Assembly: GCA_951406725.2 (NCBI GenBank)
Contig: OX597815.1
Coordinates: forward strand, 28,396,001-28,460,000
Source of the DNA: Octopus vulgaris
Taxonomy: Eukaryota
DNA: 64,000 nt
Reading direction: 5' to 3'
The first letter of the stretch is position 1; each line of letters begins with the position of its first letter. The notes beneath the pieces were generated by a model. It had not been told where the DNA came from. It saw nothing but the letters and a program-made list of their open reading frames with translations, and ran no database searches. The position numbers were made by a program, and so were the translations under genes. Below, one piece after another: positions 37,800 through 49,472 of this stretch.

Positions 37800-38208
37800 T
37801 TACTCTTTTACTCTTTTACTTGTTTCAGTCATTTGACTGTAGCCATGCTGGAGCACTGCCTTTAGTCGAGCAAATCGACTCCAGGACTTATTCTTTGTAA
37901 GTCTAGTACTTATTTTATCAGTCTCTTTTGCTGAACCACTAAGTTACGGGGATGTAAACACACCAGCATCGGTTGTCAAGCGATGCTGGGGGGACAAACA
38001 CAGACATACAAACACACACACACACATATGTATCTACATATATATGATGGGCTTCTTTCAGTTTTCGTCTACCAAATCCACTCACTAGGCTTTGGTCGGC
38101 CCGAGGCTATAGTAGAAGACAGTTACTCAAGGTACCACATAGTGGAACTGAACCCGGAACCATGTGGTTGGTAAGCAAGCTACTTATCACTCAGCCAATC
38201 CTGCGCCT
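37800..38208 (-). mobile_element. SINE family A
   Basis: Full copy. Confidence 0.85.
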
Positions 38209-38842
38209 ATGTTTAGTGCATGGTTTTGCTATTTTTTTCCTTTGCACATAATCTTATTCACTGGATACAATGTTGTACACATACAGGTTACCTAACCATT
38301 GGCTGCTTGTTATTGCTTCTTTTTGAGGTGCTTTGTAGTTGGTTATTTAGGGTTGAATTAAACTTCAGTATTTTTGAGATGGGAAAATAAAAGTACTTTA
38401 TTGTAAAAATAACATTTGTTTATTTAACGAAGTAATGTAATAATAATGCTTGTTTAGTAGTGATATAATACTCAGATTTCTTAATGTATCAAGCTGTAGT
38501 GTAAGCAAACCTTTTGTCAGTTTTTAAACAAAGACATCTATGAACAACCTGTTGTTAACTCTTTGTTGCCAATGTTCTATGTAATGGATATATGATAATG
38601 CCTTATAAAAAGGCTTGCCGTAGCTATAAAAGATGCCAGCCATTCTTCAAATCCCAAAGGTCCTTAAAGTGTTTTCTTCTGCAAGATTGGACTATTTTGA
38701 AAAGGTTACAGACTGATTCAAAAGATTTAGAATGTTCATATTGGGACAATGACAGGCAAAGTCGACCTCGGTGGTAGAATGCTCATATAGGGACAATGGT
38801 GATTGTGCAGTGACAGGCTCTGAAGAAACTGTACTTGTTTCT

Positions 38843-39025
38843 TATTTCTTTACTGCTCACAAGGGGCTACACACAGAGGGGACAAACAAGGACAGATAAA
38901 CGGATTGTTGACCCCAAAAGGATGAAAGGCAAAGTCAACCTCGGCGGAATTTGAACTCAGAACTTAGCAGCAGATGAAATACCACTAAATATTTTGCCCA
39001 GCATGCTAATGTTTCTGCCAGCTCA
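38843..39025 (-). mobile_element. SINE family B (internal deletion)
   Basis: Reverse complement homology to family B. Confidence 0.8.
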
Positions 39026-39115
39026 CTGCTGTACTTGTTTCTCTTGGAAAGATACACTTTAGTGCGAAGATCAATTTTTCTATGATAATTGGGGATGGTG
39101 GTGGTGGTGTATTTG

Positions 39116-39158
<43 letters not shown>

Positions 39159-40264
39159 AACAACAGAGAGAATGGGAAAGTGTCATATAAAATGTCTGTG
39201 GTATTTGAAAATAGCCCCTTATATGCAACCCAGGTCTAGTTCATGCTTCATCTTCCTGAGGTCAATAAATATGGGGCCAGTTCATGAAAGATATTCTTGA
39301 GCTTGATGCGTTCAGCTATACCCTTGATGGAGGGATTTCAACATGGTCACATTTCAATGATGGCAATGGTGGTAATGATTGTGCCAATAGGGGTGATGAT
39401 GATGATGATGATGATGACGACGACGATGATGATGATGATAACGATGATAATAATGATGATGATGATGGGGGGAGGGAAGGGGTGTAGAGGGTGTTTGAAC
39501 TTTAAGGAGGACCATCTGGCCAATGCCATTAGAGTTGAGCACTCAGACTTTATAGAAACATTGCTTAAATTTGTTGGCCTCTTGTCAAACGAGTATGAAT
39601 AATACATGGTCATATATTACAGACACACACACACACACACATGTGTGTATCTGTATATTCACATACATATATGTGTATGTGATTGTGCATATACATACAT
39701 ACATTTATACACATATATATATATATACTTTTGCCCTTGTTTATAAATTATATATATATATATATATATATAATATACAAGTGTATGTTTGTATATGTGT
39801 ATACATATAAGCATGTAAGTGTGTATGATGTGTGTATACACATCATGCACACTCACATATGTACATGTATATAATATAAACACTTGCACACACTTACATA
39901 CATATGTATTATATTATATATACATATGACTAGTTGATGAACCTTGTAAATCCCAGATCTTCCATTACCATCAACATATCAATTAGATCAACAAAAATAT
40001 TCTATTATAGGTGGAGTCACAGGGTGTGTATGGGTTAATAGACTGAAGGAGGGGGTGGGGTCAGGCAAGGGCATGTATAACAATAAGATAATATATCAAA
40101 CATTTGCCTTTGTGTTCAATAATACACTTCTTTATATTTCATTTTTTTTTTTTTTATTGCAGTTCTTGTCTCTCTCTTCTCACAATTACTGAGTCAACCA
40201 CTTTTTTTATTTCTCCTCCTTCACCTCTGCCAGTTTTACTTCTCTTTTAATCTGTAATATATAT

Positions 40265-40309
<45 letters not shown>

Positions 40310-40716
40310 GTTTAGCTTCCGCTTTCCATGCTAGCATGGGTTGGACGGTTCAACTGGGGCCTGGGAAGCCAGAAGGCTGCACCAGGCCCAGTCTGATCTG
40401 GCAATGTTTCTACGGCTGGATGCCCTTCCTAATGCCAACCACTCCGTCCCTTCGATGCACGGATCATAATCTTATCTAAACGCCTGATATTTTCAAGTGG
40501 GCAGTGCCACCGTACATATATATATATATGTGTGTGTGTGTGTGTATGTGTGTGTGAGTGTAATTTTCTAGATGGTGTGATTTAATTTTTCATTTTGAAT
40601 TGATAAAAGGTGGTTTTTTTCTAATTTATATATATATTATATTTTGTGAAATTTGATTTAGTATTTCTAAATTGAATTTTTCCCTGTAAGTTTGGAATAA
40701 TATTCCCTCAAATTAT

Positions 40717-40781
<65 letters not shown>

Positions 40782-40875
40782 ATCCAAACAAGAAAGCACA
40801 AAAAAACACAATAATGCGAGGACGTAAACAAATATAGTATTATTGGATGCTCAGGAAAGAAGGAAAGAAGGAGGG

Positions 40876-40908
40876 TTTAACGTTTCAAGTGGAGCTCTTC
40901 ATCGGAAA
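40876..40908 (-). ncRNA. Minimal hammerhead-like motif (core CCGAUGA) in a Penelope-like fragment embedded in (TA)n
   Basis: Minus strand UUU-CCGAUGA-AGAGCUCCACUU-GAAACGUUAAA. Confidence 0.5.
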
Positions 40909-41926
40909 CATAGGAGAAGGAAAGATCCAGAGAAGGGAAGACAGAGGGAAAAAAATCGCCAGCGGTACACACACTGATATATATATATATATATATATCA
41001 GGCCGTCAGTAATTACTCAAGGTAGGCAGTTGGTGACATTTCTGTTGTAAAACACAAAAAAATAAGTGAAACACAGGCACACGACTGAGTTGTAGGCAGA
41101 TTTACTTCTGCCTTTATAATGCTTAAAGAAAACATTGTTGTAGGAATGTACGCACCACATGTAGTACAGCAGCTCTATGCGTAGCTTTAATACTGAGATT
41201 GAAAGGCAGGGGCAAATTTTGCCTACCTAATCCACAAAAAAATAAAATATTTTGTATTTTATGCATAGTCATCAGAGTAACCTTCATAATTTTATTGAAT
41301 TAAATGCATATTTTGACATAAAAGGAAAATATTAACTATTGATCTATTTTATACAGGGTAGGTACTACCTAACTTGCCTACCCAAGCAGCATGTCCCTGA
41401 TATATACACATATATATATATATACACACACACATACATACATACATACATACATACATACATACACATACATACATACATACATACATACATACATACA
41501 TACATACATACACACATACATACATACATACATGCATAAATACATACATACATGCATGCATGCATACATACATACATACATACATACATACATACATACA
41601 TACATGCATACATACATACATATATATGCATGCATAAATACATGCACTGTCATCTACATATACAATAATATATGCATATATGTTCACACACAAACATACT
41701 CAGGAACAATTGCACATAAGTATTTGTTCATATATCCATAAATAGATATATCTCTGTTTATGTGCATCCATGCATGAATGCACATGCATTTAAAAGCATG
41801 TTCTTTTCTTTCTTGTTTTACATCCATTTTCATCTGCTTGCATCATAGATACAAAAGTTATATCAGGAGAAACTGTCATGCTCCCATTCATTTAACCCTG
41901 AAATATGAAGTGGAACCTATCATTAC

Positions 41927-41978
<52 letters not shown>

Positions 41979-41997
41979 GTTATTATTATTATTATTC

Positions 41998-42512
41998 AGT
42001 AGTTTTATTTTTATAACGTGCTTTCACTTCACTACCGAGTGCAGCTCTGTGTGCCTTGGGTATGTGCTGTGATTTGTTGTGATGCTCTGATGGTTACTGT
42101 ATTGAAAGTGTTTTGCATAGTAGTGCACTTTTCTGTACGTTATATATATTTGTAAGACCTGGTGTTTTTGTTATGTATTTGTCTGAATATTTTTTTATCA
42201 TACCTAATGCACCCACAATGATAGGAATTGTTTCTGTTTTTAGATTCCACATTCGAGTTACCTCTTTTTCCAGGTCTTTGTATTTTGAAAGTTTCTCCAT
42301 TTCTTTCAGAGACACTTTGTCATCTGCTGGTATTGATACATCAATTAGAAAGCATTTTTTTTCTTCATGATCTCTGACAACTATATCTGGCCTGTTGGCC
42401 TTAATTTCTCTATCTGTGTGTATTGGCATATCCCAGAGTATGGTTGCTTTCTCGTTTTCTGTGACCTTTTCTGGTGTGTGCCTATACCATCTTTTTTCTG
42501 TTGTCTTTTTTC
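41998..42512 (-). mobile_element. R4/Dong-type 3' fragment (RLE domain) between (TAA)n arrays
   Basis: ILWD..RPDIVV..LIDVSIP..KLSKYKDL..PIIVGALG. Confidence 0.9.
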
Positions 42513-42535
42513 TGTTATTATTATTATTATTATTA

Positions 42536-42575
<40 letters not shown>

Positions 42576-42576
42576 G

Positions 42577-42612
<36 letters not shown>

Positions 42613-43299
42613 GAGACAACAAACTGGAAGAATCATTATTGTGTTAGACAAAATGCATAGTAGCATTTCTTTTGGCTTCTCATCCTTAGTTCAAATTCTG
42701 CTGAAAGTGACTTTGGCTTTCATCCTTTCATGATCAAGGAAATAAGCACCAGTTGAGCAGTTGTGTATTGGTATTGTTGTAACTGACTATTCCCTCCACC
42801 AAAATTTCAGACCTGATGCCAATAAAAGAAAGGATTATTGTCATATTTTGCTTGTATTGTGAGAAGACATCATTTTCTTTCTCATTTTGAGTAAGGTTTT
42901 CTTTCAAGCTTTACCATATTAAATTTTCTTTAGAATACTTGTAGAAAGAATTTAAAATTACCTAAGAAAAGCTTGCCTTTGATAGCTGAGCTAGACTAAA
43001 AAAAATGTGGGCTTGTTTAACAAATTTTAAAAATAATATTTACACATTTTCTATTTTCACATTCAAAATGGTTGCTATATATATGTGCACTATATAACTT
43101 ATACCACAATAGCAAAATAAATAAAATGCAGCTCAAAATCAAAACACAATTAAATGTACAAAAAAAGACAGAAAATGGACACATTAGTAAACAGATAATA
43201 CATATAAAAAAATCAAACTCGTAGTTTTGAAGATAGTGATAGTAGTAACAACAATAGTGGTTGCTACTCTTACACAAAGTCAAACAGTATAATCCATTT

Positions 43300-44250
43300 A
43301 TGTAGAAGTCATATCAGAGCAAACCTTCTCTTAACACAAATCAAACAAGCAGAATGCTTACACCTACCACATTTGCAAAAGGAAAAATATAATTGGGTGT
43401 ATTTTGAAAAACCGAACAATATTTCTTTATTACAAGAGCTAATCAAAGAGAGGACAAAAGAAAAATTTTATAATTCTGCTTTTGAATGGATAGAAATGAA
43501 TAAAATTTACCATCATGTTGAGTTGTACAAAAAATCTCTTCAGGATATATTAGCAAAAATCTTCTCAAGCAGAAAAAGAAAGGCAATATTTATAGCAATA
43601 TCTGCTGTATATTCAAAATTGAAGTTTTAATATAAACACAGGTTGAAATTGCTAGACATACCTCTACCTATACATTTGTGCTCATGTACATGGGCCAAAG
43701 AAATGCAAGAGTGATAAAAAACATACAAAATTGTGTAACCTTATGTCTAGCTATTACTACTTATGTATTGCTATATAGATGAATGGTCAAAGCAGGGCTA
43801 ATGAAAGGTGATGACATATGGTCAGAGTATCCAAATAGATTTGCAATTCAAATGACCCTTGAAGGCTACAGAGTCCTACTGTGTCCAGTTGAAGGCATCA
43901 GAACAAATGTCCTAAAATTAAAGATACAGAGCAGAATATATGCAGCATGTAAATGAAAAATAACTAATAAGAATATAACTGTTATTGCAGCAAACTTAAG
44001 AGTGTACTACAAAGTTGTTGGAGTTTTTCAATACCAAACATCTTAAAAAATGTCAAGTGGTGCATTTGGTTGCACTCATACCCAATAGGGGAAATAGGTC
44101 ATGGAAAGGGTAGTGAAGTCCCTATATACACCTAGAAAATCTACTCGCTACATTTGTTGTAGAAAAACTTACCTCAGAATTTGGAAAAACTAAGCAAAAA
44201 TATAAAAAATAAATAAAGTGATAAAAAAATGAAAATAATGAAGGTCATCT
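43300..44250 (+). pseudogene. Possible degraded gag-like ORF1 of an L1/Tx1 LINE
   Basis: A-rich coding-like stretch, YMGQR motif, eroded knuckle RKSTRYICCRKTYLR. Confidence 0.3.
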
Positions 44251-45520
44251 ACAAGAGCTAAAAGAACAACAAATACCAGTTTCTAGTGCCAAAACTATGG
44301 GGATGGGAATTGAAATATCTTTATATCCAGTGTCAGAATAAAATTAACAAATATCTATCTTTGTCATCTAGTATTATCACACCACAATCATGCAATTTTG
44401 AAGAAATAATACTCCTTCATGTTTGCACAAACATGAAGGAGAACAAAAAAAAAAAAAGATAGAAATTCCCTCTCCTGAAATAACAAGAAGATTCAACATA
44501 AAGCCACAATTGCTGTGTGAAAGGAACACAACATTTGATTTTGTGTTAGAGTTACTGCTACCATTGCTGTTGTTACTGCAATTATTGTCTTCAAAGTTGC
44601 TTATTTGAGATTTTTGGAACATTTTCTTTCATTAATTATTTGCTAACTGTCCATTTTCTCAAACATGGCTATATAACATTACACATATGCATATGCAAAT
44701 GCCGTACACAGAGATACACCTATACACACATGAACACATACACATATGTGCATGCAAACATAAACTCATTTATGTACGTGCATGCACACATACATAAAAA
44801 TGCACACACAAAGATGCATATACATGAATACATATATAAGCATGCACATACAAACATATATCATTTGCACATGATATATTTGATCATGTGCAAATATACA
44901 GGGTCATGCAGATAACTTGAGACTATTCTTATGACACATTAACCTGGTTATAAATCTTACTATGAATTACGTAGGAGGTAATCAGAAAGGTTTTTTAGTG
45001 AAAAAAATATGAAAAAGTATGATTATTTAGTGGATATTGAGTTTTGTATTAATAAATCACCTTCGATTTTTTTTTGGTGACGAGGATTAACTCTGGATTC
45101 CCCCTACCCCTGTATAGTTCGAGAATTTAGAGGGTTTAAATTTGCGATACTATCCCTTTATTTCCCATCATAGACTGGCAGATTTGCTATCTTACTATAA
45201 TGGGCATTATGTCCATCTGTCTGTCTGTCACTTTGTCTGTTCCCTCTTCACGGCCAAACGCCTGGACCAATGGTTACAATATTTCTTGGGATAACAAAGA
45301 CAGTCGTCAGGAAGCTTTTTAGCATTAAAAAATCAGAAAGTATGATTATTTCGTGGATATGGATTTCTGAATTGATAAACCACCTTCCCATTTTTATTAA
45401 AAATTCACTGACCACGAGTAACTCGAGATTTTCGTCATATAGTTTGTGACCTCATCGCAGATATGAAAGAGGTTGCGAAGATGGTTAATAGCAAAAATAA
45501 AATGGAATAAGTGTGTTTTG

Positions 45521-45943
45521 GGATCTTTTCAGTTTGACCGGCAGTTTTTTCTAGCAGTGTCATATGAAATCGTCACCCATAATTATGACCCTAGTATCGA
45601 TCTATTGCATTTCAATCTGTTTTAGGGTTAGGATTAGGGTTAGGGGTGGAGGGAAGGGTATCTTTTTTCTTCAGAAATGTAAATAAACCCAATTTGTTTC
45701 TTAAACGAGGGACATATTCATACAGCACAGAATGTTTTCACCTCAATAGACGTCATTAATTGGTTGAAATTGCAGAAATTGAAGAAAAAAAAACAACAAA
45801 TATCTTACGAACTATAGAATTTCCTCAATTAAGCCAAGAGGAAAAGATGTTTTATAAACACATTCTACCAGTATACGAAGTTTAAAAGTGTTTAGTTACA
45901 TGGAAATTATTTTTAAAAACTGCCGGTCAAACCGAAAAGATAC
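45521..45943 (+). mobile_element. MITE with GG termini, 8-bp TSD and internal TTAGGG repeats (Merlin-like)
   Basis: TIR ggatcttttcagtttgaccggcagtttt; gtgttttg on both sides. Confidence 0.8.
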
Positions 45944-46330
45944 GTGTTTTGGTATATAGTGTGTATGTGTGATTATTTAATGGTTATTGAAGTGTGTCAG
46001 TCTTGAGCAGGATTCGAAGTGGCTGTTGTTTGCATCTCAGTTTTGTCAATCAAAATAACTTGTGTCTTGTTTGCTATGAAAGCGTTATTAGCATAGAACA
46101 GTGAGAGGTAAGTCTTAGTTTGATTTTTTGCAACCCTAATGATTCCACTCACACATTCACAGCAAACAAGACACAAAGCCAGATTTTATATTGTATAGGT
46201 GTATTTTTATATATTCCCATGTCGCCAGTTATACGTCACTATGAGTAGAGCAACGGACTTCAGTAATTTATAAAAATCTATGCACATACACACATACAAA
46301 CATATGCGTACACAAAGACACATGTATATA

Positions 46331-46814
46331 CCATAAATCCTCGAGTATAGTCTACCCTTGAGTATAATACGCAGGGGATTTTTAGGGGGCTGTATGTACC
46401 TCTGAAAAGCCTAAACCTTGTGTATAATACGCACCCCTTCTCTAACTTGAGTTAAGGAGGTCTATATAACGTCCTTGGTTTGTAAAAATGTATACGGTAA
46501 CGTCCTTTATTATTATTGTACATACAACATAATGCAAATGTGTAGCTTTTTTGTGCATTTTGTTTGCAGAAAATAAAGAAATAACAGTAATAACGTTTAA
46601 TAAATGTTGCTTACTGCAAGTTATGGATGATTTAAGGTTTTTTCGTGCCCGACATCACAAAATGCGTCTGAATAAACATTGCTGGATGGCAAATAGAGAC
46701 TCGGACATTGCTTAGAAAATAATTTTCATTTTTAACCTCGTATATAGTACGCGCTAGGGATTTTGACCTTTAAACTTTGGGGAAAAAATGCGGATTATAC
46801 TCGAGGATTTACGG
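46331..46814. mobile_element. Tc1/pogo-type MITE
   Basis: TIR ccRtaaatcctcgagtata, TA flanks, internal gtataatacgca repeats. Confidence 0.85.
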
Positions 46815-46841
46815 TATGTATATATATGTAGTATAAACACA

Positions 46842-47265
46842 GGATCTTTTTGGTTGAACGGCAATTTTTTCTAGCGGTGTCATATGAAATTGTCACCCAT
46901 AATTATAACCCTAGTATCGATCTATTGCATTTCAATCTGTTTTAGGGTTAGGGTTAGGGTTAGGGGTGGGGGGGAAGGGTATCTTTTTTTCTTCACAAAT
47001 GTAAATAAACCCAATCTGTTTCTTAAACAAGGGACATATTCATACAGCACAGAATGTTTTTTTACCTCAATAGACGTCAGTGATTGGTTGAAATTGCAGA
47101 AATTGAAGAAAAAAAACAACAAATATCTTACAAACTATAGAATTTTCTCAATAAAGCCAAGAGAAAAGGATGTTTTATAAACACATTCTACCAGTATACG
47201 AAGTTTAAAATTTTTTAATTACCTAGAAATTATATTAAAAACTGCCATTCAAACCAAAAAGATCC
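46842..47265 (+). mobile_element. Second Merlin-like MITE copy
   Basis: ggatc...gatcc termini; flanks taaacaca/taaacatg. Confidence 0.8.
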
Positions 47266-47827
47266 TAAACATGCATATTGATATAGACATGACTGGCTCT
47301 TTGTATTACTAATACCACCCATCCAACGAGCTTCTACACAGTTTCCATCAAGTCAATTTCGCTCACAAGGCTTAGCTGACACAAGTGTGGTAAAAGACAG
47401 TTGCTCCAGATGCCATGCTGTTGGATGGAACCTGAGATTTCATGACCGCAAAATTATACTTCTTAACAACTTGACCATGCCAAGCACCTTTTGACTCCGA
47501 AACACACATCCATATAAACACAAACACTTCATAACCACCAACCCCGTCCCTAATGTCATGGTTTGTTCGTTGAAACAATAACATCCTATTGACATTTCAG
47601 ATAATGTTTATGCGATTCTTGACCCAGCCATCCTCACACTCTCTTCTCTTCTCTAAATCCACCAATGAAAATATAACAAAAATACATATATATATAAAAA
47701 TATCAAATAACAAAGTATTGATAACTAATATAGAAAAATCTAATATTTAAGATTGAAATGACAGACTTTCAATCTGGCATTTGATCAAAATCCCTAGGAA
47801 ATTAATAAATCATGTTGCTGAAATACA

Positions 47828-47885
47828 AGTAGTAGTAGTAGTATTAGTAGTGGTGGTGGTGGTGGTAGTGGTGGTGGTGGTGGTG

Positions 47886-47942
<57 letters not shown>

Positions 47943-48125
47943 ATAGTAGTAGCAGCGGCGGTGGTGGTGGTGGTGGTGGTGGTGGTAGTAGTGGTAGTGG
48001 TAGTAGTAGTAGTAGTAGTAGTTTTTCATGCAAAAAAGGATTCTCTGTTATTGTCTTTAGCAACATTATTATTATTGTTGTTATTGATGTCGTTGTTGTT
48101 GTTGTTGTTGTTGTTTTCATCATCA
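47828..48125. repeat. (GTA/GTG/GTT)n microsatellite
   Basis: Directly visible. Confidence 0.95.
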
Positions 48126-48879
48126 TCCGTCATTAATATTTTACAACAGTTTCGTGCAAGCTTTCTACTGCGTCGACAGGTGTCCCCTCCTATATTCCTG
48201 AAATATGTGAAACATTATCTTTTGGGAGTGTGGAATTGTTTTTTTTATATTGTTACATCTGCTTTTGCTATGTTATAAGGATTTGTTTTGTTGAATTTGG
48301 TTATTCTCCTGTTGTGTAGAATATGTGCTTTGTAATTTGTTATTGTATAAGATGGTGATTGTGTAGTGTGAGTTGTATTGTTATTGTTATTTCAGTTGTC
48401 TTATATTTAATGTTTATTTTCGCTGTGTTTTGCCTTACTTTTGATTTTCTGTACTTTGGTTTGAAAATACTGTCGGAGGAATTACAACCGTGTTTCGTGG
48501 TCTGCTACCACAACAGCTTCTTTATAGGATCCAGTTAGCTCAAGACATCATCAGGAGGAACCACGTCCGGTTTCGGCCCCTACTCCTCTACCGTTTTGAC
48601 GTGGTGGGGCGCCCCCTTTCGGAGGTGTCTTCAGCTCTGGTGTTGGGTACATGTCTTCTTTCTTCTTTCTTCTGTTCCCTGGCCTCTTCGATGTATCTGT
48701 ACAATGCTTTGAAGTGCTATTTTGTGGATGTTGTATACATTATGCATGTAAATCCTTGGATTTGGTTAATTATTTATTTTCATTGTCATAGAAAGTAAGA
48801 GCTCCAATTTTTGATGTAATTAACAAAGAAATTCTAATTACTTAAAATTGTAATTTTAAAAATGAAAACAATTATTTTC

Positions 48880-49281
48880 TAACTTGTTTCAGTCATTTGA
48901 CTGTGGCCATGCTGGAGCACCGCCTTTAGTCGAGCAAATCAACCCCAAGACTTATTCTTTGTAAGCCTAGTACTTATTCTATCAGACTCTTTTGCCGAAC
49001 CGCTAAGTTACGGGGACATAAACACACCATCGGTTGTCAAACGATGTTGGGGGTCAAACACAGACATACAAACATATACACACACACATACACACTTATA
49101 TATATATATACATATATACGACGGGCTTCTTTCAGTTTCCGTCTACCAAATCCACTCACAAGGTTTTGGTCGGCCCAAGGCTATAGTAGAAAACACTTGC
49201 CCAAGGTGCCATGCAGTGTGACTGAACCCGGAACCATGTGGTTGGTAAGCAAGCTACTTACCACGCAGCCACTCCTATGCC
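48880..49281 (-). mobile_element. SINE family A
   Basis: Full copy. Confidence 0.88.
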
Positions 49282-49431
49282 TATTTAGAAATTATCAAAA
49301 AGTAAAAATCTGCAAGTAGACTAATTAACTCTAGTAAAAAAAATGGTAAAGGGAGAAAACTAAACGTTTTTATTGGTTAAAATAAAGAATGCTGCAGTAA
49401 TTGAGACTGATCAGTAGCACTACACTGACAA

Positions 49432-49472
49432 CTCTGGACATGTTTTGGTGTTATGAGACCTCATCAGCAAAG
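49432..49472 (-). ncRNA. Minimal hammerhead-like motif (GAAA mutated to AAAA)
   Basis: CUUUG-CUGAUGA-GGU..ACC-AAAACAUGU-C-CAGAG. Confidence 0.55.

Larger units (their letters stand above)
34000..38750 (-). pseudogene. Candidate endogenous bunyavirus-like L gene fragment, interrupted by younger repeats
   Basis: Collinear minus-strand open stretches with motif resemblance judged from memory only (see findings). Confidence 0.35.

Noticed and set aside
45190-45440. Possible Helitron-like element with (GTCT)n
   Set aside because: No clear terminal hairpin plus CTAG end; single copy in the window
45621-45645. TTAGGG repeats as a telomere or fusion scar
   Set aside because: Internal part of a multi-copy MITE
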